A stretch of 64,000 nucleotides of DNA, from positions 288,001 through 352,000 of the forward strand of contig JAKFBS010000003.1 in the NCBI GenBank assembly GCA_036677065.1, in the 5' to 3' direction. The position numbers and the translations under genes were made by a program. How positions within the stretch are numbered: position 1 is the stretch's first letter; the number at the start of each line of letters is the position of its first letter. The DNA comes from Bdellovibrio sp. (lineage in GTDB: Bacteria > Bdellovibrionota > Bdellovibrionia > Bdellovibrionales > Bdellovibrionaceae). This document shows positions 38,697-48,976 of the stretch, one piece after another. Under the pieces are notes generated by a model. It did no database searches. It saw only the letters and a program-made list of their open reading frames with translations, and was not told the DNA's origin.

Positions 38697-40436
38697 CTAG
38701 TTAGCGCTGCCATTGCCGCCGTACATGTCATCGATGATATGAGCATAGCGATTCTCAATGAATTTGCGTTTTACTTTCATTGATGGAGTCAGGCAGCCGT
38801 TTTCGACTGACCACACTTCAAAAATGACTTCGAATTTTTTAATAGCTTCATAGCTTGCAAGCTGTGAATTAGCTTTTTGCACCTGAGCTTTAATTTTTTG
38901 TAAAACCTCTTGCTTAGCTTCTGCTGTGGCATCAACGGCTAAAGATTCAACTGTAACTAAGGCCGAGATAAACTTTTTCTGATCGCCGCAGATAAAAACT
39001 TGTGAAATCACAGGTTCTTCTTTTAACAGACCCTCTAGTTTTTGCGGAGCTACGTATTTACCGCCGGCAGTTTTGATTAAATCTTTTTTACGATCTGTAA
39101 TTTTTAAATAACCAAGTGCTGTGAATTCACCGATGTCACCAGTGGCAAAAAAACCATCTTTATCAATCGCTTCAGCCGTTGCTTCTGGATTTTTGTAATA
39201 TTCTTTAAGACATTTTTTACTGCGCACTAAAATTTCGCCATCTTTAGCAAATTTAATTTCAACATCGCCAATTGGGCGGCCTACGGTGCCCATTTCCCAG
39301 TGCGATTCAGTGTTAACTGTGATTGCGGCAAAAGTTTCTGTTAAACCATAACCTTCGAAAATACGAATTCCTAAATAAGAAAAGAATTGGCCAAGTTCAG
39401 GGCTAAGTGGCGCACCACCGCTGATGGCAAAACGTAAACGGCCGCCAAAAGCCATGCGGATTGGTCCGAGTACGATTTTTGATAAGGCTTGGTAGGCAAG
39501 GGCATGGGTAAGAGGTGCTGTCTGGTTTGTATTGCGGTAATAAGCAATCTTTTTTGCCAGTGACAGTGTTTGGTCAAACAATGTTTTTTTCACAGGGTTG
39601 GCGGCAACAAGGGTAGCGATGCCAGAATAAATTTTTTCAAAAATACGAGGCACGGCCACTAGAAATGTGGGTTTTACTTCGCCTAGATTTTTCTTTAATA
39701 ATTCAATCGATTCAGCGTAAGCCACCTGGCAACCGCGGTATAAAACTCCCCAGTGTTCAACGCGGCCCATGACGTGGGCGTAAGGTAAAAAGGCCAAAGA
39801 TATATCATCAGGGCCGATTTGAAATAATGAAAAGGCTTCATGGATTTCTGAAATTAAGGCTTGGTGTTGTAATAACACACCTTTTGGTTTTCCGGTGGTT
39901 CCTGAAGTGTAAATAATTGTAGCTGGATCTTCATGTTTAATTTTAGCTGCGCGTTCAATCATTAATAGAATTGAGCTTTCAGCCACGTAACCAGAATCCA
40001 TATCTAATTCATCAAACACCAAACATTTAATTTGTTTTTGAATTTTGCTTTTAACGCGTTCAAACTGGGCGTGAGTTTTTTTATTATCTACGAATAATAA
40101 ATCTGCCTCGCAGTGATCAAGAATATAGATGACATCCTCATCAGTTAAGTTTGGATAAATCGGAACTAAAATTGTTCCCATAGATAAAGCTGCGACATCC
40201 GTGCAAGCCCACTCCCAACGGGTAGCAGACATAACAGCCACTTTACCATTTGCTGGTACATGTTGTTCGATGATCAGACTTTGCATATGAGAGATAAGCT
40301 GTAAATATTCGAAGTAATTTTTTTTAAGCCATTCGCCTTTTTTCTTATACATAAAAGCCGTTTGGTCTTTACGTGTTAAAGAATTTTTAAGCCAAAGGTG
40401 AATAGATTGATCGCTCGTTTTACTCGTTGTAGTCAT
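38697..40436 (-). CDS. fadD: Long-chain fatty acid-CoA ligase
   Basis: YTSGTTGKPKG, EGYGLTE, ATGDIG, LTPSMKVKR. Confidence 0.9.
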   Translation of the reverse strand: MTTTSKTSDQSIHLWLKNSLTRKDQTAFMYKKKGEWLKKNYFEYLQLISHMQSLIIEQHVPANGKVAVMSATRWEWACTDVAALSMGTILVPIYPNLTDEDVIYILDHCEADLLFVDNKKTHAQFERVKSKIQKQIKCLVFDELDMDSGYVAESSILLMIERAAKIKHEDPATIIYTSGTTGKPKGVLLQHQALISEIHEAFSLFQIGPDDISLAFLPYAHVMGRVEHWGVLYRGCQVAYAESIELLKKNLGEVKPTFLVAVPRIFEKIYSGIATLVAANPVKKTLFDQTLSLAKKIAYYRNTNQTAPLTHALAYQALSKIVLGPIRMAFGGRLRFAISGGAPLSPELGQFFSYLGIRIFEGYGLTETFAAITVNTESHWEMGTVGRPIGDVEIKFAKDGEILVRSKKCLKEYYKNPEATAEAIDKDGFFATGDIGEFTALGYLKITDRKKDLIKTAGGKYVAPQKLEGLLKEEPVISQVFICGDQKKFISALVTVESLAVDATAEAKQEVLQKIKAQVQKANSQLASYEAIKKFEVIFEVWSVENGCLTPSMKVKRKFIENRYAHIIDDMYGGNGSAN

Positions 40437-40483
40437 GGTGGTGGCCGTCTCTTGTTGTATTTTTGTTTGAATTTATTTTTATA

Positions 40484-42391
40484 TTATTTTGTGCGTCCTA
40501 AAATTAAATCCACATTTACTTCTTTGTTAGATTCAACTTTAACCGTAATTTCGTCTTTAAGTTGCGTGATCGGGTTGACCGCGCTCACTGTCACTTGCGA
40601 ATCCGCAGTTACAGCGTAACGTTTGATCGGAGGTTGTTCAGATAAACGCTGGTTGTTCACATAAATTACAGGCTTAGCACCACCATTTTGCACGTTGATG
40701 TTAATAAATCCGGCTTGTGGCATCTGCTGCAATGTCGTTGTTAGAATGCCTGTATCATTAAACGATTTAGTGATTTCGTATTGATAGTAGCTTTCTTTTT
40801 TTAAAGTAATTTTTGTATCTTTATTAGCCGTAACCGTCACGATAGCCGGAGTCGACCGGCCAGAATCTAAGCCATCAAGAAAAATACGCGCGCCGCTTGG
40901 CTGACTTGAAATTGAAACTTTAACAGCAGCAGTCGCTGAAAGGTCCACTTGGCCTTCTTCGATTTGCTGTTTTTTGGCCATCTTAGGTTTTGGATTTACG
41001 TATTTGTTATAACCATAAAATCCAGCAAGACCCATGGCCACGATAATAACTAATTTCATCACAATATCTGCCATTGATTCATTATTACTTGAAGCAGGGT
41101 AGTTGATGCGCGTGTTTTGAGTAATTCTTGTACCTTGGCCAACGTTAGTTTCGTTCGACATCGGTTTTGGCATTACGCCACGATTTGCATTATTCTTAAC
41201 ATTTTGCTGCTGTTGAGTCTTGGCATTTTTGATACCATCAAGATCAATCTTAAGCTGATTTTCTTGCCCTAAACCTTTTGGTTCAGTGGGATTTAACTTC
41301 ATCAGTGGCACTGGCGGAGGTGCGCCACCTGCAGATTTAGGTGACTCAGAGGCCGAGCCTGATTTTTCTTCAGACGGTTGTGCAAATGAAATTGGCGCAG
41401 CTTCTGGTGTATTCACTTCTACTTTTGAATAGACCATTAATTTTTCACGGCCTTCTTGAAAGGCATTTTTAAAACAATCTACAACTGTCTTACTAAAATC
41501 ATGCGGTGAAAAATCAGGGTACTGTGTATTTAAAAAACGATTTAAATCTTTTTGAAGAGCCGCAGCTGTTTGGTAGCGAACATTTTTATCTTTCGCTAAG
41601 GCTTTCGTTACGATTCTTTCTAATTCAGCAGGAACCAGTGGATTAATTTTTCTAATCGCCGGTGTTTGGCATTCGCGCACTTTACGTAAAATTGCATTTT
41701 CGTTAGAGCCCGTGAATAAACGGTCATTGGCTAATAGCTCCCACAAGATGATACCTAAAGCGAACACGTCTGTACGTGGATCAACTTCTTCGGCTTCAGC
41801 TTGTTCCGGAGACATGTAAGCAAATTTTCCTTTTAAGGTTCCGGCTTTAGTCTCTTCGCCATTGGCTTCACTTTTTTTAGCGATACCAAAATCGATAACT
41901 TTGGCTTCACCATCAAAAGACACCATAATATTTTGTGGAGACATATCACGGTGAGTGATATTTAAAGGGCGGCCGGTGTGTTGATCGACGCAACGATGCG
42001 CGTGATCAAGGCCAGAAGCTGCTTCTTTAACAATATAAACCGCTTCTTCAATTTTAATTGAGCGGTTGAATTTTTTTAATTCATTAATGATCTGACGCAG
42101 ATTTCTGCCTTCAACGTATTCCATTACGATAAAAAATTGGCCTTTTTCAGTACCAAATTCGTAAATAGAAACCACATTCGAGTGAGTTAAATTTACCGAA
42201 ACTTTCGCTTCTTCGTGAAACATATCGATAAATTCTTGATTCGATGAAAATTGCGGTAAGATACGTTTGATGGCGACAAACTTATTAACGCCGCCTGTAC
42301 CAACAGACTTCGCAAGATACACTTCGGCCATACCGCCTGCGGCTAACTTTTCTAAAAGTATGTATTTACCAAATTTTTCAAAGTTCGACAT
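40484..42391 (-). CDS. Membrane Ser/Thr kinase with periplasmic PEGA-like domain
   Basis: GGMAEVY, VAIK, HRDMSPQN, DFG, YMSPEQ; TM; SSQPSGARIFLDG. Confidence 0.9.
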   Translation of the reverse strand: MSNFEKFGKYILLEKLAAGGMAEVYLAKSVGTGGVNKFVAIKRILPQFSSNQEFIDMFHEEAKVSVNLTHSNVVSIYEFGTEKGQFFIVMEYVEGRNLRQIINELKKFNRSIKIEEAVYIVKEAASGLDHAHRCVDQHTGRPLNITHRDMSPQNIMVSFDGEAKVIDFGIAKKSEANGEETKAGTLKGKFAYMSPEQAEAEEVDPRTDVFALGIILWELLANDRLFTGSNENAILRKVRECQTPAIRKINPLVPAELERIVTKALAKDKNVRYQTAAALQKDLNRFLNTQYPDFSPHDFSKTVVDCFKNAFQEGREKLMVYSKVEVNTPEAAPISFAQPSEEKSGSASESPKSAGGAPPPVPLMKLNPTEPKGLGQENQLKIDLDGIKNAKTQQQQNVKNNANRGVMPKPMSNETNVGQGTRITQNTRINYPASSNNESMADIVMKLVIIVAMGLAGFYGYNKYVNPKPKMAKKQQIEEGQVDLSATAAVKVSISSQPSGARIFLDGLDSGRSTPAIVTVTANKDTKITLKKESYYQYEITKSFNDTGILTTTLQQMPQAGFININVQNGGAKPVIYVNNQRLSEQPPIKRYAVTADSQVTVSAVNPITQLKDEITVKVESNKEVNVDLILGRTK

Positions 42392-42399
42392 CTATGCCA

Positions 42400-42427
42400 T
42401 CATCGGTAATCTGTACTCTTATCTTTA
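42400..42427 (-). promoter_or_regulatory. Sigma-28 (FliA) promoter
   Basis: TAAAG-N15-ACCGATGA, 8 nt before the kinase ATG. Confidence 0.7.
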
Positions 42428-42479
42428 CAAAAAGATGTTTCAAATCCATGATATAGACATAGGTATAGGATGACTCAGT

Positions 42480-43076
42480 ATGAAATGGATAGGCTTAACC
42501 GGTGGTATCGCCACCGGCAAATCTACAGTCAAAAATAGTTTAGTCGCGTTAAACATTCCTGTGATTGACGCGGATCTGATTTCGCACGAACTCACTCAGG
42601 TGGGTGGTCTAGGCTACCAAGGTATTCTGTCTCATTTCGGGAATGATCTTTTAAACTCTGACCAAAGTCTTGATCGCCAAAAATTGGGCGACATCGTTTT
42701 TAATAACCCAGAAAAACTTTTGCAGTTAGAACAAATCTTACATCCTTTGATTCAAGCTGAAGTGCAAAAACATAAAGCCGGTTATAAAGCTAAAGGTGAA
42801 GCGCTGTGTTTTTATGATGTGCCGTTATTGTTTGAAAAAAAACTTGAAGGCCAATTTGATCAGATTGTTTTAGTGTACGCACCGATAACAACCCAGGTTG
42901 AGCGCATCATGCTTAGAAATAATCTGACTCACACCCAGGCTTTAGCCCGTATTCACGCGCAATTGCCAATGTCAGAAAAAATTCACCGATCACATCATTG
43001 TTTAGATAATTCGACCACCAATGCAGACCTAAGTTTACAAGTTTTTAACTTAGTAAAGGTTCTGGCCCAAAGCTGA
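42480..43076 (+). CDS. coaE: Dephospho-CoA kinase
   Basis: GLTGGIATGKS, IDAD, DVPLLFE. Confidence 0.95.
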   Translation: MKWIGLTGGIATGKSTVKNSLVALNIPVIDADLISHELTQVGGLGYQGILSHFGNDLLNSDQSLDRQKLGDIVFNNPEKLLQLEQILHPLIQAEVQKHKAGYKAKGEALCFYDVPLLFEKKLEGQFDQIVLVYAPITTQVERIMLRNNLTHTQALARIHAQLPMSEKIHRSHHCLDNSTTNADLSLQVFNLVKVLAQS

Positions 43077-43131
43077 CTCAAAACCCGACTTAGGTGTGAC
43101 CTTTTCACCAGTCAAAGTGTCTCAATTTAAT

Positions 43132-43158
43132 TCAAGTTCTGCCATATTGTACCGATAG
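43132..43158 (+). promoter_or_regulatory. Sigma-28 (FliA) promoter
   Basis: TCAAG-N14-ACCGATAG upstream of the OMP triad. Confidence 0.68.
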
Positions 43159-43201
43159 TTAAGTAGACGGTGAGATAATCATTAAGAAGGAACTTAATAT
43201 T

Positions 43202-44293
43202 ATGGGTGCAAGAAGTACCAAAATTTTATCAGTATTTGTGATGGCTATGATTATGCCATTCTCGGTTTTTGCATCCAATGAATGGGTTGAAGGTTATACA
43301 AACACCAGAGCCTTAGGCATGGGTGGTGCACTGATCGGCGTAACCAGTGATGAAACTTCTTTATATAGAAATCCTGCAAACCTTGGAAGTATCCGCGGCT
43401 ATTTTGGTACCATCATTGATCCTGAATTAGAAGGCCAAGGCACATTCACAGATATCGTGCGCATGGGAAGTTTTACGAAAGCCATAGAGGTCGAACATAT
43501 GGCTGAACAGTTAGCTCTGAATCCCGGCGAATTTTATCACGCCAAAGCGCAATTCACGCCAAGCTTTACCACCAAGAATTTCGGCTTCGGTTTATTATAT
43601 CGTAATGAATTAAATGCAGTTGTAAGTACTACGGCAACAACTTCAATGGATACATTTTATCAAAATGATTTAGGAGCTGTATTTGCTGTGAACCATTCAC
43701 TATTCGGCGGGGTTATTAAAATAGGCGCCAGTGCAAAAGCCTTAAACCGTATTGAAATTGTCAGTGGTACACTATCAACAAATGGACCATTTGATTTAGG
43801 TACGATTGCAGCTGAAGGTTCAGCAGTTGCTTATGATGCGGCTGTGATGGTGCAATTACCTTTTGATTGGGTGCCGACCTTATCAGTTGTAGCCCATGAT
43901 ATTGGTAATACCGCATTTACTTTACGTGATGGCGTGCGTGCCACAACGACGTCACAACCAGCAACAGTCAAACAATCTGTAGATGCCGCAATTTCAATTT
44001 TTCCGATTCATGGAAACAAAATTCGCAGCGTCTGGACAGTTGAATACCGTGATGCCACAAACTCACGTGATGAAGAAGGTTCAGCAAAACGTCTGCACAT
44101 CGGCGCCGAAGTTAACTTTAAAGATTTATTTTTCTTACGAGCAGGCATGAACCAAAACTATTACACTGGTGGAATCGAGATTTCATCTGAGCGTTTTGCT
44201 TGGCAAATTTCAAGCTACGGTGAAGAAATTGGTACCGCCGAAAATCCAGTCGAAGACCGCAGGTACGCAACCCGCATCTTAATAAGGTTTTAA
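43202..44293 (+). CDS. Outer-membrane beta-barrel with FadL/TraF_2/PorV-like N-terminal motif
   Basis: Signal peptide, TRALGMGGA...LYRNPANL, C-terminal F. Confidence 0.7.
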   Translation: MGARSTKILSVFVMAMIMPFSVFASNEWVEGYTNTRALGMGGALIGVTSDETSLYRNPANLGSIRGYFGTIIDPELEGQGTFTDIVRMGSFTKAIEVEHMAEQLALNPGEFYHAKAQFTPSFTTKNFGFGLLYRNELNAVVSTTATTSMDTFYQNDLGAVFAVNHSLFGGVIKIGASAKALNRIEIVSGTLSTNGPFDLGTIAAEGSAVAYDAAVMVQLPFDWVPTLSVVAHDIGNTAFTLRDGVRATTTSQPATVKQSVDAAISIFPIHGNKIRSVWTVEYRDATNSRDEEGSAKRLHIGAEVNFKDLFFLRAGMNQNYYTGGIEISSERFAWQISSYGEEIGTAENPVEDRRYATRILIRF

Positions 44294-44294
44294 T

Positions 44295-45131
44295 ATGAAA
44301 AATATTTTAAATATAATTATTCTCAGTATTTTTATTAGTTCGTGTGGCCCGAATGCACTGACTGGTTTAGGTTCGCAAACTTCGGATGAATATTATTTCG
44401 AAGAAGCGACCAAGGCGAATAATAATCAAGACTTCGACTATGCGATTGATGTTTTATTAAATAAATTATCGGCAACAGGACAAGCTTCAGTTGTGGGAAA
44501 AGAATTATTAGCTAGCGCGTATGCAGGTAAATGTGGCTTTAATTTTGTGAATTATGTGACTGCTTTAGCTGCCAGTTCCAGCACTGCAGTTTTTAAAACA
44601 ATGATGCAACCCTTTGTTCAGGTCGTAACCGCGCCGGAGTATTGTTTATTATCGCTGCAAACAATAGATACTTTGGGTGCGCCCGGTGTTCGTACCACAA
44701 ATCAAAATACTTTTAGCGCAATTACTGGTTTAGTTTTAATGGGAGCATCTATGCGCGCTTATGCTGATAAAGATGGTACCGGTGGTAATGGCAATGGGGA
44801 AATGGATACCACTGTGTCACATTTAATTTGCAAAGACACCCATGTTACTGATGATCAAATGAATGATATCATTGTTGGCTACGGGTATTTTGTTACAAAC
44901 TTAGCTTATGTGTCGGCATCTATGTTGGGAACCTCATCTTTTGATAGCTTAAACGATTCTGTAGACGCGTGTAATAGTCTTCCAGGTGCAGATTGTACCG
45001 TGACCGTTAAAGCTAATGTGTCAGCAGATACTCGCACTATAATTCGCCTGCTCCTAAATACTGCGACCTATGGTATTGGAAGTAGACCTGGAACTACCCC
45101 AGCTGAAATTGCAGCGGCTTGTGCCCCGTAA
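44295..45131 (+). CDS. Helical Cys-containing lipoprotein
   Basis: Lipobox ISSC, LASAYAGKCG. Confidence 0.72.
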   Translation: MKNILNIIILSIFISSCGPNALTGLGSQTSDEYYFEEATKANNNQDFDYAIDVLLNKLSATGQASVVGKELLASAYAGKCGFNFVNYVTALAASSSTAVFKTMMQPFVQVVTAPEYCLLSLQTIDTLGAPGVRTTNQNTFSAITGLVLMGASMRAYADKDGTGGNGNGEMDTTVSHLICKDTHVTDDQMNDIIVGYGYFVTNLAYVSASMLGTSSFDSLNDSVDACNSLPGADCTVTVKANVSADTRTIIRLLLNTATYGIGSRPGTTPAEIAAACAP

Positions 45132-45140
45132 GGAGATTAA

Positions 45141-46250
45141 ATGAAGCAATTACTTTTGCTCTTAATTATATTTTTTAGTTTGCCAGGTTTAGCCATTGAG
45201 CTTTATCAAATGGGGCAATCAACTCGTTCACTAGGAATGGGCGGAACCGGAATCGCTTTTGCGCGCGGAACCGAAGCACTTTTTAATAATCCCGCAGCCT
45301 TAGCAAAGGTGAACGGATTTAGTTTAAATCTTATAACTTTTGGCCCTGGAGTTTCTACGAACGCCGTTGATCTTGCAGATAGTATGTCTGGCTCAGAAGA
45401 ATTTGACGAGTCTGATGTAAATGAACTTTATGGAAAACAAATCTTTTCTGATGTGACTGGGTACACGGGCTTAGTTATTCCGTATGTCGGTGTTGGTGGT
45501 TATTCAAATAACACGATTTTGATGTCATTTAATAATCCATCTTTTCCAACCTTTAATGTGGATTTCACCAGTGACTATGCTTATATTGTAGGTGGAGCGA
45601 TTCCAATCACGGATAATTTCTCATTAGGCATCGCAGGTCGCCACGTTAAACGCTGGCAGGGTAATGCAGATATTTTAGTAAGTAGTTTAATTGGTTCTGA
45701 TGCGATGGAAGTGATCGAAGCCAATTTAACAAATAAAGGTAAAGGTAATGCGTTAGATTTATCAGCACTTTACACTTTTAAAGGTTCATCATGGAATGTT
45801 GATGTCGCCACTGTGTGGAAAGACGTGGGGGATACTAAGTTTACTCCCACTGAAAGCGTGGGACCAGATCGCCAAGAAAACAATTTAATGTTCGGTGTAG
45901 CAGCTGAAAAAGAAATTGGTTTTATCTCTTGGACAAATGCTTTTGAGTATAAATTTATTCGCAATACCGGTGATATCACTAAAAAATTGCATTTAGGAAC
46001 TGAATTGTCTTTTGCTTTAATTGATGTTCGTGCCGGTTACAACCAAGGTTACTTAAGTTATGGTTTAGGTGTGAATTTGTGGTTTTTGCAGCTTGATGTA
46101 GCAAAATATACGGGTGAACTTGGTGCTTCGGCGGGTCAAACCCCAAGTGAGCGCTATCAAGCGAGCTTAAGTTTAAGTTTAGATTTCGATTCGGCCTTCA
46201 AGTTAACAAATACCGACGGAAAAAAAAGGCGACTTCAACAGCGAAGATAG
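45141..46250 (+). CDS. Outer-membrane beta-barrel, paralogue of 43202-44293
   Basis: TRSLGMGG...FNNPAAL, RAGYNQGY; basic C-tail RRLQQRR. Confidence 0.7.
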   Translation: MKQLLLLLIIFFSLPGLAIELYQMGQSTRSLGMGGTGIAFARGTEALFNNPAALAKVNGFSLNLITFGPGVSTNAVDLADSMSGSEEFDESDVNELYGKQIFSDVTGYTGLVIPYVGVGGYSNNTILMSFNNPSFPTFNVDFTSDYAYIVGGAIPITDNFSLGIAGRHVKRWQGNADILVSSLIGSDAMEVIEANLTNKGKGNALDLSALYTFKGSSWNVDVATVWKDVGDTKFTPTESVGPDRQENNLMFGVAAEKEIGFISWTNAFEYKFIRNTGDITKKLHLGTELSFALIDVRAGYNQGYLSYGLGVNLWFLQLDVAKYTGELGASAGQTPSERYQASLSLSLDFDSAFKLTNTDGKKRRLQQRR

Positions 46251-46267
46251 TATAAACTATCGGGAGC

Positions 46268-48976
46268 ATGTTAGAATTCACTTTAGTTAAACATCCAGAT
46301 GATATTCGCGTAAAACTGAGTGAATTCAATCCACAAACCACCACCTGGGTGGTTTCAGATTTAAAATCAAAACAAGAAATTCAACAACAGTGTATTGATA
46401 AGTACGGCTTCTATTCAGATGAAGCCATCTTGCGCGTTTCTGATTTTTGGAAAATGTGGATGCGCAGGCTTTCACCCAGTACGCAAATCGTGTCTTCTGA
46501 GTTCATTCGCATTCTTATTAGCCAGTTTATCGAGCTGCACGGCGAAGACGACAACATTCAATCGCACGAAGCTAAAACGCTTTATAAATATGTCAGTGAC
46601 CTTGCGCCTCTGTTATTGCACCCGCATTCACATGAAGTGTTAGCAGACTGGATCGAAGAAAAAGAAATTAAGCCACAATGGAGCAAATGGATTGCTTTAG
46701 CACAGAAGTGTTTAGACTATATCGCGCAAGAACATAACTGTATCGAATCAGCCTGGATTGTTAGTTATTTGCAAAAACTGGGTTTAGAAAAAATTGTTTG
46801 GCCTAAGAAATTGGTTTTTGATTTAGGTTCGCAAATGACTTCTTTAGAGATGGGCATTTTAAATACTTTATCTCGCGATAATCATATTGAAGTTGTTGTG
46901 CCTGATCCTGAGTGGAAAAACAAATTTCATTATATTTTAAATACCTACAAAGATTACAGCGGCTTCGCCACGGCGACTGCGGGTGAAACAGCTGATGCCA
47001 CTAAAAAATTAGTGCCGCAAAATTTTATCCGTTTTAATTCTGAAATTAACGAAATTAAATATATCACGACAAAAATTCGCCAATGGATCACTGAGGGCGT
47101 AGCGCCCGAGAATATCTTGGTGTTATCTCCGCGAATTGAAGATTATTGGCCGATTCTAAAATTTCATTTAGAAGCAGAAGGCATTCACACGCAAAAAGAT
47201 CTGGTCAGCTCACTGATCAGTCTTGGAGTAATTCAGCGCTGGTTATCAACGATTCACGCACAAACTAGAAATGTGACGTGGTCAAAGCTTGAAATGTCTT
47301 ACGCAAGTTATATTGAGCAATCGAACTTGCAACAGTTTGAAAAGTTTAAGGCAGCCTTTGTAGAATTATTAGATGATGCTGATCTGGCCAGATTAGGTTC
47401 AGCTAAAGACCTATTTTATCAAAAGATTAATCTTGATGAAAAGTTAAAGCGCGATCAGTTCCTCGTTGCCATGTTGCATTCGTGGATCACAGTTGATCAA
47501 AGTTTAGAACATAAAAAACTTTTACAGGGCATTATTAAAGATTTTATCCAGCAGACAGTAGACGTGCGACTAAAACTATCTGATTGGTTAACACTTTTAA
47601 GCTCGCGCTTAGCTAAAAAAGAAATCAAAGTTGAGCAGACGACAAAATCCGGTGTTCAGATTCTTCCGATCAATTCGGCGCAAGTGTTAGAAGCTACGCA
47701 CCGCTTATGGGTAGGACTTGATGAGTCGGGCTTAAAGGGTAAACAAACTTCGTTAATTCCTTTAGCTGATATTGAAGAACTTAAAAAGACTTTTGATCTG
47801 GCCCTAGATTACCCCGAAGAATCACACGCCGATTTTAACTTGCGCTGGTACGCAATGGCTCAGTGTAAAGAGCAGCATTTTACCTGCGCGCATGTGTCGA
47901 CAACGGGTGAGCCGTTAACCACATCGTTATTCTTTTTAGAAAATAATAAAAAGCCTGAAGCTATAAATTACCCAGCTACTTTGGTGGATATTAAGCAGCA
48001 GCAATTCAGTCCTGATAAACATCCGGAATTAAAAAGAAAATTAAATTTAGAAATAAAGGCTGAAGATTTAGCAATCACCCACCTTAAATTTAAATCTTTA
48101 GCACCCACTGATTTAGAGTCTTACGATCAATGTTCATTTAAATTTTTAGCACGCAAGGGTTTTCGCCTACAGCAGTTTGACCAGCTGGGTTTAGAAATTG
48201 ATCCGCGCCAAAAGGGCACGCTGATTCACGATCTCTTTAAATTCATTGTGCAGGATAAGAACTATTTAACAATTAGCGAAAAAGAATTATCAGAACATTT
48301 AGAAAAAGAACGCACGACAAGAAATTTATTTCCGTTTCTAGATGTCTTCTGGGGGCCGCATAAAGAAAAATTAGTTGCGACCGGGTTAAAGTTTACTGCC
48401 GTTGAAAAAGCTCGTCTAAGCGCATTCACATCTCTTCGTCATAAAACTGAAGAGGTTGTGCAAGTTTATTACGATCTCGTGAAATTCGAATTTACCCAAA
48501 CTCAACCTGCTGGCGAACACTTTATGATTCGGGGTCGTCTTGATCGTTTGGATATTGATGAAATGACCCAGCAGGGGATGGTGATCGATTATAAATCCAG
48601 TAAATCAAGCGACACCAGCTTTGCTGAAAAATGGGTAGATAACTCAGAGTTTCAACTATTATTGTATTCTTTAGCGGTTGAACAGATGTTTGGTGTTAAA
48701 AACGTCGGTGCCATTTATTATTTTTATAAAACTTTAGAACAGCAGTACGGCTATTTGTTAGCTAACGACAATGTTTTTAAAGATCACGTTGAATACACTA
48801 AAAAAACTTTAATTGAACCAGAAACTCAAACTGCAATATATTCGTCATTTCACGATAAGATGAAAGGCCTCTTTACCAATATTGAAAAGAACAGCTACGC
48901 GGTTAAGCCGCGTGATCGTAAAGTTTGCGAAAAATGCGAATGGGAAGACACATGTCGAGTCAAAAACCTGAAATAG
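46268..48976 (+). CDS. addB: AddB-like PD-(D/E)XK nuclease subunit
   Basis: GRLDRLD, IDYKSS, QLLLYS, Fe-S Cys (QCSF...CEKCEWEDTC). Confidence 0.8.
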   Translation: MLEFTLVKHPDDIRVKLSEFNPQTTTWVVSDLKSKQEIQQQCIDKYGFYSDEAILRVSDFWKMWMRRLSPSTQIVSSEFIRILISQFIELHGEDDNIQSHEAKTLYKYVSDLAPLLLHPHSHEVLADWIEEKEIKPQWSKWIALAQKCLDYIAQEHNCIESAWIVSYLQKLGLEKIVWPKKLVFDLGSQMTSLEMGILNTLSRDNHIEVVVPDPEWKNKFHYILNTYKDYSGFATATAGETADATKKLVPQNFIRFNSEINEIKYITTKIRQWITEGVAPENILVLSPRIEDYWPILKFHLEAEGIHTQKDLVSSLISLGVIQRWLSTIHAQTRNVTWSKLEMSYASYIEQSNLQQFEKFKAAFVELLDDADLARLGSAKDLFYQKINLDEKLKRDQFLVAMLHSWITVDQSLEHKKLLQGIIKDFIQQTVDVRLKLSDWLTLLSSRLAKKEIKVEQTTKSGVQILPINSAQVLEATHRLWVGLDESGLKGKQTSLIPLADIEELKKTFDLALDYPEESHADFNLRWYAMAQCKEQHFTCAHVSTTGEPLTTSLFFLENNKKPEAINYPATLVDIKQQQFSPDKHPELKRKLNLEIKAEDLAITHLKFKSLAPTDLESYDQCSFKFLARKGFRLQQFDQLGLEIDPRQKGTLIHDLFKFIVQDKNYLTISEKELSEHLEKERTTRNLFPFLDVFWGPHKEKLVATGLKFTAVEKARLSAFTSLRHKTEEVVQVYYDLVKFEFTQTQPAGEHFMIRGRLDRLDIDEMTQQGMVIDYKSSKSSDTSFAEKWVDNSEFQLLLYSLAVEQMFGVKNVGAIYYFYKTLEQQYGYLLANDNVFKDHVEYTKKTLIEPETQTAIYSSFHDKMKGLFTNIEKNSYAVKPRDRKVCEKCEWEDTCRVKNLK

